Source of the DNA: a virus
Lineage: Duplodnaviria > Caudoviricetes
Strand: one strand, 5' to 3'
DNA length: 44,471 bases
IMG/VR virus record: IMGVR_UViG_3300020043_004045
Span: 1-44,471 of that record
In this document: positions 1 through 7,625 of the stretch, in pieces
Layout of the letters: the number at the start of each line of letters is the position of its first letter
How positions within the stretch are numbered: the first letter of the stretch is position 1
The notes under the pieces: model-generated
Told to the model about the DNA's origin: nothing
The model's input: the letters and a program-made list of their open reading frames with translations, nothing else
The model's database searches: none
Program-made: the position numbers and the translations under genes

Positions 1-2
1 CT

Positions 3-56
3 TCCGTTTTTGGTGGTGTTGACCCATTCGAGTTGGACTTGCTAACTAAGGTCTAA
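3..56 (+). CDS. 3' end of a gene truncated by the window edge (...SVFGGVDPFELDLLTKV*)
   Basis: Frame open from position 3 to TAA at 54-56; the stop lies inside the GTCTAAC box of the attC-like element, as is common for cassette genes. Confidence 0.45.
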   Translation, partial: SVFGGVDPFELDLLTKV

Positions 57-171
57 CACCAGCAATAAGCAGCAATGCCCCTGCTGATTTAAGCTACTGA
101 TATGTAGCACAAACTTTTAATTAACGTAGCAACAGGCTGGGGCATTGTCATACTTGATTGCTGAGTTAGAT
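51..171 (-). mobile_element. Integron attC-like recombination site (element 1), canonical orientation on the minus strand
   Basis: GTCTAAC (51-57) ... GTTAGAT (165-171); arms CAGCAAT-AAG (60-69) pair with CTT-g-ATTGCTG (153-163) with a single extra G at 156; inner stem CAATGCCCC (73-81)/GGGGCATTG (139-147). Minus strand reads ATCTAAC-tcagcaat-CAAG...CTT-attgctggt-GTTAGAC. Confidence 0.75.
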
Positions 172-195
172 TTATTGTGAAAGTAAGAGGTTCTT

Positions 196-933
196 ATGGT
201 TGGTCAAGATGATGATTTTCACGAAAATATAATTAAACTTTATCAGGTTTTAGGTTCTGCAAAAGCTGTTGCTGATAATTTGGATATTTCAATTTTAGAT
301 GTGTATTGTGTACTTAAAAAATACAAGTTAAGCATAGAAGAACGTATGCAAATGTCAGCGTCAAACACTTCAATACTTGGCGCAAAAGCAGAGGCACTTT
401 TTAAAAAACTTGTTCCGTTTGCGGTTGAAGTAAACGCTGTTATTTACGCAAATCCTAATTTTGATTTTTTAATAGGTAATTCAACTGTTGATGTCAAAGC
501 ATCAAACTTAATTACACATCCAGCGCGAAAAGGAAGGCAGGGCGAGTTTGTGGAGTGGAGTTGGAAACTACAGAGGCCGTGGCAAAATCAATACGGTGCT
601 GATTTTTATGTTTTGTTCGGTTTGTTCGGTAAAGAGTTTGAAGATGGTTATGACTGTTATGTTATTCCATCAGAATTGTTATCAGGAATAAAAGGCGTTC
701 GGATTAGAAAGCACTTAAAAGATAGTAGTCCTTTTCGTGATTTTTTGATTGACCCTGAGCAAATGGTAAACTTCTTTAAAAAAATAAAAGATAGTCAAGA
801 GCCTAAAAAACAGATTTTTGATGATGCGTTTTTAGAAAAAGAAAGACGCGATTTTTATCAAATTGAAGTTAAAGAGCTTGAGACTTTAACTCGTAAAGTA
901 AAAAGAACGGTGATAAGCCATGCGAAGCAATGA
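196..933 (+). CDS. Putative PD-(D/E)XK endonuclease with N-terminal HTH
   Basis: RBS AAGAGG; HTH-like SAKAVADNLDISILDVYCVLKK; E..(AEALF)...NFDFLIGNSTVDVKAS...DFYVLF...YVIP fits the PD-(D/E)XK pattern; AT-rich. Confidence 0.6.
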   Translation: MVGQDDDFHENIIKLYQVLGSAKAVADNLDISILDVYCVLKKYKLSIEERMQMSASNTSILGAKAEALFKKLVPFAVEVNAVIYANPNFDFLIGNSTVDVKASNLITHPARKGRQGEFVEWSWKLQRPWQNQYGADFYVLFGLFGKEFEDGYDCYVIPSELLSGIKGVRIRKHLKDSSPFRDFLIDPEQMVNFFKKIKDSQEPKKQIFDDAFLEKERRDFYQIEVKELETLTRKVKRTVISHAKQ

Positions 934-1177
934 TATTACAACCGTAAGAATGCACTTACTTAACTTTTTAAGCGAGGTATGCGATGCAAATAAGCCGATT
1001 GATAAAGAGCGAGTGATAGCTGTTTGCAATGTAGCTCAAGCCATTGTTGACACTGCAAAAGTTGAGGTGGAGTACATTAGAGCAACGGATTATATCGGCA
1101 CTGGATTTTTAGAGTGTGATGAATCTTTAAAAGATGCGAGGAATCGCGGCGAATTAAAGAAGATTGAGAACAGATAA
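920..1177 (+). CDS. Hypothetical phage protein (85 aa), overlapping the nuclease gene
   Basis: 14-nt overlap with the upstream ORF; helical DKERVIAVCNVAQAIVDTAKVEVEY segment resembles small phage proteins. Confidence 0.7.
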   Translation: MRSNDITTVRMHLLNFLSEVCDANKPIDKERVIAVCNVAQAIVDTAKVEVEYIRATDYIGTGFLECDESLKDARNRGELKKIENR

Positions 1178-1179
1178 GA

Positions 1180-1268
1180 ATCTAACTCGTTTTAGACATC
1201 AAAATGACGTATAACTACGCTTTGTGATGAGTGTTATACGTCAACTTACATTAAGAGATATGTTATGA
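1180..1268. mobile_element. attC-like element 2
   Basis: ATCTAAC (1180-1186) just after the upstream stop; perfect 11-bp inverted repeat TGACGTATAAC (1205-1215)/GTTATACGTCA (1233-1243); ends GTTATGA (1262-1268) overlapping the next ATG; homologous to the element at 40625-40698. Outer arms pair poorly. Confidence 0.6.
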
Positions 1269-1474
1269 AAGGTTCACATTTAGAACGAATTGAGTCCTTG
1301 CCCGATGTATTTATGCTTGCTAGTCTAGTTGCATTTAAGTATGTGCAGGACATTAGTGAGCCTAACGAAACTAATTTTAAGGTAAGTATGGCAGGCGGTC
1401 ACTATACATTTGGCGAGCCAGAGCAGTATAACGAATTTATGGATAAGTATTTAGCTTGGCTCGAGAGCAGATAA
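1265..1474 (+). CDS. Hypothetical protein (69 aa)
   Basis: ORF with purine-rich AAGAGA upstream; its start lies within the GTTATG box. Confidence 0.6.
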   Translation: MKGSHLERIESLPDVFMLASLVAFKYVQDISEPNETNFKVSMAGGHYTFGEPEQYNEFMDKYLAWLESR

Positions 1475-1510
1475 TGGATTATATGTTTTGAGTCGGCTTG
1501 GATTTGTTTG

Positions 1511-1553
1511 TTGAATTGTGTTAGATGATTAGTCTATAGTTTATAAAACTATA
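1511..1553 (+). promoter_or_regulatory. Possible sigma70 promoter with overlapping palindromic operator
   Basis: TTGAAT (1511-1516), 18 nt, TATAGT (1535-1540); palindrome TATAGTTT-ata-AAACTATA (1535-1553). Confidence 0.35.
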
Positions 1554-1566
1554 ACGAGTCGCGGCC

Positions 1567-1794
1567 ATGAATACAGTTTTTGAGGGTGCTACGCTTGATA
1601 TATTGCCGAATGGCGCAGCATTTATTACTAGCGGATTGACTGGTAAACCACTGTATTCTCGTTGTCTAAGCAATTTTAAAGAACGGCACGAACAATCGGC
1701 ATTTGTGCAAAGTATTCGCAATAGAAAATGGTTTACTAGCGAGATAGAGAATCAGATAAATAACTTTTTTGAGCGTATGAATAATAGGTTTTGA
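1567..1794 (+). CDS. Hypothetical protein (75 aa)
   Basis: ORF abutting the endolysin gene; no recognisable motif. Confidence 0.55.
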   Translation: MNTVFEGATLDILPNGAAFITSGLTGKPLYSRCLSNFKERHEQSAFVQSIRNRKWFTSEIENQINNFFERMNNRF

Positions 1795-1796
1795 TT

Positions 1797-2120
1797 ATGA
1801 CACTACGAGAGCAACAATCTAAATTTGCTAAAATGGCAGCCGAACTAATACTAAAAGCGTATGAGTTAGGCTATGAAGTAACACTAGGTGATGCGTTTAG
1901 AGACCCACGTTTGCACGGTGATTTTGGCGTAAAAAAAGGTTATGGAGCGGCTAATTCATTTCATAAAAAACGATTAGCGATTGATTTGAATTTGTTTAAA
2001 GATGGCAAGTTTTTAGGCTCTAGTGATGACCATAAAAAACTAGGTGAATGGTGGGAGTCTAAAGGCGGTACTTGGGGCGGTCGGTTTAAAGATGCAAATC
2101 ACTACAGTTTAGGCGAGTAA
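1797..2120 (+). CDS. Endolysin, M15-family (L-Ala-D-Glu type) zinc peptidase
   Basis: Motifs AFRD, SFHKKRLAIDL (SxH..D zinc ligands) and WGGRFKDANHYS (D..H); ATG at 1797 preferred over TTG at 1791. Confidence 0.9.
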   Translation: MTLREQQSKFAKMAAELILKAYELGYEVTLGDAFRDPRLHGDFGVKKGYGAANSFHKKRLAIDLNLFKDGKFLGSSDDHKKLGEWWESKGGTWGGRFKDANHYSLGE

Positions 2121-2147
2121 CACTCAGCTAACAAGGGCGTTCTTTAT

Positions 2148-2176
2148 AGCCGATTCACTTGAGTCGGCTTTTTTAT
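2148..2176 (+). terminator. Rho-independent terminator
   Basis: AGCCGATTC-actt-GAGTCGGCT followed by a T run. Confidence 0.8.
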
Positions 2177-2240
2177 TGCCTGTTTTTGATGTGTGTATAG
2201 TCTAGTTTTAGGCGTTAGTATTTTGTGTTAGGGGTGCATT

Positions 2241-2396
2241 ATGAAAACATCACGATTCAAAGAAGCAAGCACATGGGCAAGTATCAGTGCTGCCTTAGCT
2301 GCATTGTCTAGTGTGCCAGTGTTTGCACCTTACTCCGTACCTGCGGCTGCAATATGTGCCGCGATTGGTGTGTTTTTGCGCGAAGGCAAAGAATAA
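2241..2396 (+). CDS. Putative holin, 51 aa (not in the supplied ORF track)
   Basis: MKTSRFKEASTWASISAALAALSSVPVFAPYSVPAAAICAAIGVFLREGKE*: two hydrophobic segments, charged termini, RxKExSTW start; RBS AGGGGTG; adjacent to endolysin. Confidence 0.75.
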   Translation: MKTSRFKEASTWASISAALAALSSVPVFAPYSVPAAAICAAIGVFLREGKE

Positions 2397-2407
2397 GGTG
2401 CTTAGAA

Positions 2408-2728
2408 TTGAGTGAGCAACACGAAACGCGGCTGCAATCACTTGAAAATGGCTATACAATGCTAAGCCGTGACTATACGCGCTTAAATGATGCTATTGTT
2501 AAAATTAGCGAGTCACTCACACAGCTAGTCGTTATTCAAGAGCAAAATAAAGCGATAATGTCATGTATCGAGCATCAACAGTCTAGCATTGATAAATTAG
2601 ATACAAGACTAGACGCGCTAGAAGTACAACAACCACAGCTTTTAGAATTGCGCTCATGGGTGCTAGGTGGCTTTGGTACAATTATCGGCTCTGTTTTGGT
2701 TGCTATGTTGGCTTTGGTGATTAAATAG
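2408..2728 (+). CDS. Coiled-coil protein with C-terminal transmembrane helix (XhlA-like, lysis-associated)
   Basis: Likely TTG start at 2408 after TAAGGTG; heptad-rich body; C-terminal WVLGGFGTIIGSVLVAMLALVIK. Confidence 0.65.
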   Translation: MSEQHETRLQSLENGYTMLSRDYTRLNDAIVKISESLTQLVVIQEQNKAIMSCIEHQQSSIDKLDTRLDALEVQQPQLLELRSWVLGGFGTIIGSVLVAMLALVIK

Positions 2729-2733
2729 TTTTT

Positions 2734-2763
2734 GCCCGATTAGTTAGCTGTTGGGCTTTTTTA
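2734..2763 (+). terminator. Possible weak terminator upstream of terS
   Basis: GCCCGA...TTGGGC stem with an 11-nt loop, followed by a T run. Confidence 0.35.
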
Positions 2764-2775
2764 TGAGTAAAGATA

Positions 2776-3432
2776 ATGGCAGAACGTAAACAAGTCGATT
2801 GGGAGTCTGTTGAAAGAGACTACTCGGCTGGTTTATTGAGTTTGCGTGAGATTGCAGCTAAGTATGGCGTGTCGCCATCACTGATAACAAGAAAAAAAAA
2901 CGAAGGTGAGTGGCCAAAAGATTTAACAAGCAAGATACAGGCTAAGGCTGATTCAATAATAACAGGTGTAAACACTGGCGGTGTAAACACTGGTGTAAAC
3001 AGTAAAAAGGCATCTGAAAAAGAAATCATCGAAGTCAATGCTCAAGCAATCGTCAACATCAAATTAGCTCATCGTGGCGATATTCGTAAAAGTAAAAATA
3101 TAGTTAACTCATTGTTTGATGAGCTTGAATCGACTACTGACAACAGAGAGTTGTTTGAGCAGTTGGGCGAGATATTGAGACAAGAAAGTGACTCAGGCCA
3201 AGACAAGTTAAACGATATTTATAAGAAAGTTATCTCATTGCCGCAACGAATTGATGGTGTTAAGAAGCTCACAGACGCATTAAAAACGATGATCGGATTG
3301 GAGCGTGAGGCATACGACATTACAGCAGCACCGACAGCCACGGACACTGCCATGTCATCGTTCGTTAAGTCTTTGCAAGGTAGTTCAGTGCAGGTTGTCG
3401 CTCAGTGCAATGATGATGATGACGATGAATGA
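2776..3432 (+). CDS. terS: Terminase small subunit
   Basis: N-terminal HTH DWESVERDYSAGLLSLREIAAKYGVS; C-terminal IGLEREAYDI; overlaps the terL start. Confidence 0.85.
   Translation: MAERKQVDWESVERDYSAGLLSLREIAAKYGVSPSLITRKKNEGEWPKDLTSKIQAKADSIITGVNTGGVNTGVNSKKASEKEIIEVNAQAIVNIKLAHRGDIRKSKNIVNSLFDELESTTDNRELFEQLGEILRQESDSGQDKLNDIYKKVISLPQRIDGVKKLTDALKTMIGLEREAYDITAAPTATDTAMSSFVKSLQGSSVQVVAQCNDDDDDE
2965..3003 (+). repeat. Three copies of GGTGTAAACA(C/G)T inside terS
   Basis: ggtgtaaacact-ggc-ggtgtaaacact-ggtgtaaacagt (encodes GVNT-G-GVNT-GVNS). Confidence 0.9.
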
Positions 3433-5003
3433 GCATACCACGGCGCAAAGATGGCGGCATAGACTGGGGCTTTAACCCCGTAACTGCCGAAGAAACTGCG
3501 TTGTGCATGAAAGACGCACTATGGCGGATATGTTCAGGCAAGCTCTACAAGATCATTATCAAGGGTGATGACGGTCAAGACGGGTTAGTTATCCCATTCA
3601 AGCCAAACAGGGCGCAAAAGCGATTACTCGCAAGGCTATGGCACAGAAACGTCATTCTAAAAGCGCGTCAGTTAGGTTTCACAACGCTAATCTGCGTGTT
3701 GTGGCTTGATACTGCGTTATTTAACGAGAATATGCGGTGCGGTATTATCGCTCAAGACCGTGAAGCAGCCGAAGTTATTTTCAGGGATAAGGTTAAGTTT
3801 GCTTACGAGAATTTGCCCGAAAATCTCAAGTCTGCAATGCCTTTAGCTCGTGATAGTGCGAGTGAATTACTGTTTGCACATAACAATAGCTCGATTCGCG
3901 TAGCAACAAGTATGCGGTCAGGCACGATTCACAGGCTACATATCTCAGAGTTTGGCAAGATTTGCGCTAAATATCCTGATAAAGCAGTTGAAGTAGTTAC
4001 AGGTTCGATACCCGCAGTGCCAAAAAACGGCATTTTGATTATCGAATCGACAGCAGAAGGTCGTGAAGGTGAGTTTTACGACATCACCATGAGAGCTAAG
4101 TCAGCAAAAGACACAGCAAAGGAGCTAACAGTGCGCGATTATCGTTTTCACTTCTTTGCGTGGTGGGACGCTAACGAGTACGAAATGCCAGCAGATAGCG
4201 TCAAGCTAACAGATAAAGACAATTTATATTTTGAACGTATCGAATCACAGATTGGTCAACCGATTAGTCCAGAGAAAAGAGCGTGGTATGTGGCCACAAG
4301 AGACGCAGACTTTAGCGGCTCAGAAGAAAAGATGTGGCAAGAGTACCCAAGTACGCCCGAAGAAGCCTTTCAGCAATCTACAGAAGGCTGTTACTACTCC
4401 GAACAACTTGCTAAAGCGCGTAAAGAAGGCCGAATTGCTACTGTGCCTGTAGTTGAAGGAGTGCCAGTCAATACGTTTTGGGACATAGGCGCAAGTGATG
4501 GCACAGCAATATGGTTTCATCAGCGCATTGGCCTAGAGAATAGGTTCATCAAGTTCTACGAAGCGTGGGGCGAGCCTTACAGTCATTTTGTTAAGTATAT
4601 GCAGGCCCTTGGTTATGTTTGGGGCAAACATTACCTACCGCACGATGCAACACACAAGCGTCAACAAGGCACTAGCGTCAAGTCGCCAATAGATATGCTT
4701 GAAGAATTGGGGCTACAGAACATTGAGATCGTGCCAAGAGTTGATTACATACAACACGGCATACAAGCAACGCGCGATGTATTTAATCAGTGTTGGTTTG
4801 ATGAGACTAATTGCAAAGACGGACTAGCCCATTTAGAAAACTATCGCAAAGAGTGGAATGATAGAGCGGGTTGTTGGAAAGAATCACCGCGACACGACAT
4901 TCACTCAGAAGCCGCAGACGCATTTAGACAGTTTGCACAAGGCTACACCTACTATTCACCAAAAACACCTCAGCGTTCACGCCCGAATTGGCGGAGAGTT
5001 TAA
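3429..5003 (+). CDS. terL: Terminase large subunit
   Basis: Walker A ILKARQLGFTT, Walker B-like LHISEFG, IESTAEG coupling motif, nuclease WDIGASD and HSEAADAFR. Confidence 0.95.
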   Translation: MSIPRRKDGGIDWGFNPVTAEETALCMKDALWRICSGKLYKIIIKGDDGQDGLVIPFKPNRAQKRLLARLWHRNVILKARQLGFTTLICVLWLDTALFNENMRCGIIAQDREAAEVIFRDKVKFAYENLPENLKSAMPLARDSASELLFAHNNSSIRVATSMRSGTIHRLHISEFGKICAKYPDKAVEVVTGSIPAVPKNGILIIESTAEGREGEFYDITMRAKSAKDTAKELTVRDYRFHFFAWWDANEYEMPADSVKLTDKDNLYFERIESQIGQPISPEKRAWYVATRDADFSGSEEKMWQEYPSTPEEAFQQSTEGCYYSEQLAKARKEGRIATVPVVEGVPVNTFWDIGASDGTAIWFHQRIGLENRFIKFYEAWGEPYSHFVKYMQALGYVWGKHYLPHDATHKRQQGTSVKSPIDMLEELGLQNIEIVPRVDYIQHGIQATRDVFNQCWFDETNCKDGLAHLENYRKEWNDRAGCWKESPRHDIHSEAADAFRQFAQGYTYYSPKTPQRSRPNWRRV

Positions 5004-5007
5004 CTCA

Positions 5008-5421
5008 ATGAATACAGAAAACACTGTTGCGTTAAGTAATCGCAACGGCATACAGACGTTTGTGCAAAACGTAGAGTTTGACCGCGATGGCAGACACTAC
5101 GATGAGCCATGCCTGTTGATGTGCCGTGGCTTCATGGGCGTGAGAAATATGTTCGTGTTCCCGTTATGTGATGCGTGGACAGTGCGTGAACCTGAATTTT
5201 TTAAGGCAACTATGCAGGACGCAGCCGCTACACTATTCGTTTCGCCCACTAAAAACGACGAACACGTTGTTGGCGACATGATTCTGCATGACATTGACAC
5301 GATTATCGCGTGGCGACCCGATGATGATGCAACTCATGACCATGCCTTGATGAAAAAGGAAGTGGAACGTTCAGGTATGTTTTTGCAGGTTAATGGTCAA
5401 ACACTGGTAGATGCACGATGA
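5008..5421 (+). CDS. Hypothetical protein between terL and portal
   Basis: ATG at 5008 after GGAGAG is more plausible than 4858; stop overlaps portal ATG (ATGA). Confidence 0.7.
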   Translation: MNTENTVALSNRNGIQTFVQNVEFDRDGRHYDEPCLLMCRGFMGVRNMFVFPLCDAWTVREPEFFKATMQDAAATLFVSPTKNDEHVVGDMILHDIDTIIAWRPDDDATHDHALMKKEVERSGMFLQVNGQTLVDAR

Positions 5422-7625
5422 ATAACGGCAAGACAATCGACAATTTACGCAATACGCCCATCAATTTAGACGCTGACAGCAAAGGCGATGAAGCCAATGC
5501 GCCAGTTGTTGGCAAGAAGTTTGATTTTGCTAATGGTATGCAGCTACACACATGGGTTAAGGGTGCGTATTACCGCGATATTAGCTTGCAAGCTGAAAGC
5601 CGTTTGCAGCGTTCGCTAGATGCTGACTTCTACGACGACAAGCAATTCACGGAACAGGAAAAAGAGGACTACGAAGCCGATGGCCGTATGCCTCCTTTGC
5701 AATACAACGTCATCAAGCAAACGATTAACTGGATTTTAGGAAGTTATCTACGCCAAACCTATGACTGGAATGTGTTGCCGCGTACTGAGGACGATGTTGA
5801 GCCTGCCATTCGTAAGACAAAGCTCTGCAAATACATTGCCGATATTAACAGTGCGTCACGTCAAGAGTACCTAGCATTTCAAGACGCTGTAAAAACAGGT
5901 GAAGGTTGGATTGAGACAGCATTAGAAGTGAATGACGAAGGCGAGCAACAAATTGTTGTCCGTCACGAACATTGGCGCAACATGATTGTCGATAGCAGTT
6001 GTCGTCGTGTTGATGCCAGTGATGCGACCCGTATGTTTCGCACCAAGATTTTAGACGTTGAGCAAGTTGTTGCGCGTTTCCCTGCATTAGAAAACGAATT
6101 ACGCAACGAATCGCAGGACCGCGAACAAGTTGAAAACGATTTTATGTACGAACAGTACCAGCAATCGGGACTAGGCGCAGGCGGTTCGATGTTCATGTCC
6201 AAGGCTATGCCTTATGACGGTACGCGAGAAGCTATCCGTGTGATGGAATGTTGGTACAAGCGACCTATGCAAGTGCAGATATTGCGTGGTCAAGGTCGAT
6301 TGACTGGCTATGTGTTTGACCCTAAGAACCCTGAACACGTTCAAGCAGTGCAATCAGGCGAATTAGAGCTAGTTAAAACGCATCGACAACAGGTATGTGT
6401 CTGCGTATTTACGGATAACACGTTACTTTTCTCAGGTGTCAGCCCGTATCGTCACAACAGATTCCCGTTCGTGCGTACCGTGGCTTATCTCGATGACAAG
6501 ACTGGTATGCCTTATGGGGTTATTCGTGCGTTACGCGACCCGCAAATGTCATTCAACATTCGACGCAACAAAGCTATATACCTGTTATCCACTAAGCGCG
6601 TGATTATGGACAAGCTCGCAGTTGATGATATTAAGCAGCTTGAAGAAGAAGTCTCGCGTCCTGATAGCATTATCGTAGTTAACCAGGGTAAGAAGCTAGA
6701 AATCATCGAAAGCCCATCACTTGCCGAAGCTCATGTGCGTTTCGGCCAAGAAGATGAAGCCTATATGCTCAAGGCTTCGGGCGTTACAGGTGAGAATTTA
6801 GGGCAATCAACTAATGCTACGTCAGGAATTGCAATCCAAGCACGCCAAGAACAAGGCACAGTCACCACGTTAATGTTATATGAGAACGCGGCATGGGCAT
6901 TTGAGAAGCAAGGCCAGTTAGTGTTATCACTGATTGAGCAGTTCATTAGCCAAGAAATGCAGTTCCGTATTACCTCAGACACCAAAGGCAAAGAGTTTGT
7001 TGCAGTCAATGACGGCACAGACGAGACAGACATCACCAAGTCTCAAGCTGATTTCATTGTCACTAAGCAAAACTACCATGCAACCATGCGACAAGCCCTA
7101 GCCGAGCAGTTATTGCCATTGGCATCGACCATTGCACAGTCAACAGGTAATCCACAATCAGCGTTTGCAGTCATTGAAACAGCTATCGGTTTGACAGATA
7201 TACCGAATAAAGACGGCATCATGGCCAAGTTACGCGAGTCAATGGGTTTACCTGACCCCGATGAGACACCCGAAGAAAAAGCAGCGCGTGAACAATCACA
7301 GGCAGACCAACAAGCCAAGCAAAACGCCATGATTGAGCGTAAAGCCAATGCGGAAATAGCCAAACTAGAGGCCGAAGCACAGCAAGCACAGGCAGCCGCT
7401 AACTCTGAACAGATTACAGCACTAAGCGACAAGATGACCGCATTACAAGATGTAATGGATGCGACCAAGGCAATGCTAACTAAGCCACACATGGCCAAAG
7501 CAGCAGACGAAATCATTAGACAAGCCGATTCAATCCTTAATTTACAACCCACTCAACCACAGCCACAGCAACAAATGCCTGTTCAACAGGTTGACCCTGC
7601 TTTTAGCGGAGATATGCAAGCATGA
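5418..7625 (+). CDS. Portal protein (P22-like podovirus type)
   Basis: 735 aa after terL; DFYDDKQF, PPLQYNVIK, FPFV...PYGVIRALRDPQ, SGIAIQARQEQG motifs; C-terminal coiled coil. Confidence 0.92.
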   Translation: MNNGKTIDNLRNTPINLDADSKGDEANAPVVGKKFDFANGMQLHTWVKGAYYRDISLQAESRLQRSLDADFYDDKQFTEQEKEDYEADGRMPPLQYNVIKQTINWILGSYLRQTYDWNVLPRTEDDVEPAIRKTKLCKYIADINSASRQEYLAFQDAVKTGEGWIETALEVNDEGEQQIVVRHEHWRNMIVDSSCRRVDASDATRMFRTKILDVEQVVARFPALENELRNESQDREQVENDFMYEQYQQSGLGAGGSMFMSKAMPYDGTREAIRVMECWYKRPMQVQILRGQGRLTGYVFDPKNPEHVQAVQSGELELVKTHRQQVCVCVFTDNTLLFSGVSPYRHNRFPFVRTVAYLDDKTGMPYGVIRALRDPQMSFNIRRNKAIYLLSTKRVIMDKLAVDDIKQLEEEVSRPDSIIVVNQGKKLEIIESPSLAEAHVRFGQEDEAYMLKASGVTGENLGQSTNATSGIAIQARQEQGTVTTLMLYENAAWAFEKQGQLVLSLIEQFISQEMQFRITSDTKGKEFVAVNDGTDETDITKSQADFIVTKQNYHATMRQALAEQLLPLASTIAQSTGNPQSAFAVIETAIGLTDIPNKDGIMAKLRESMGLPDPDETPEEKAAREQSQADQQAKQNAMIERKANAEIAKLEAEAQQAQAAANSEQITALSDKMTALQDVMDATKAMLTKPHMAKAADEIIRQADSILNLQPTQPQPQQQMPVQQVDPAFSGDMQA

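Noticed and set aside
1180-1268. CRISPR repeat or simple terminator reading of the palindrome
   Set aside because: No regularly spaced repeat-spacer array and no U tract after the stem
2354-2407. N-terminal extension of the 124-aa ORF
   Set aside because: Overlaps the holin; TTG at 2408 has a proper RBS
2892-2900. A9 run in terS as a programmed frameshift
   Set aside because: The reading frame is intact and no useful alternative product is evident
4858-5007. N-terminal extension of the 187-aa ORF
   Set aside because: Overlaps terL; ATG 5008 has an RBS
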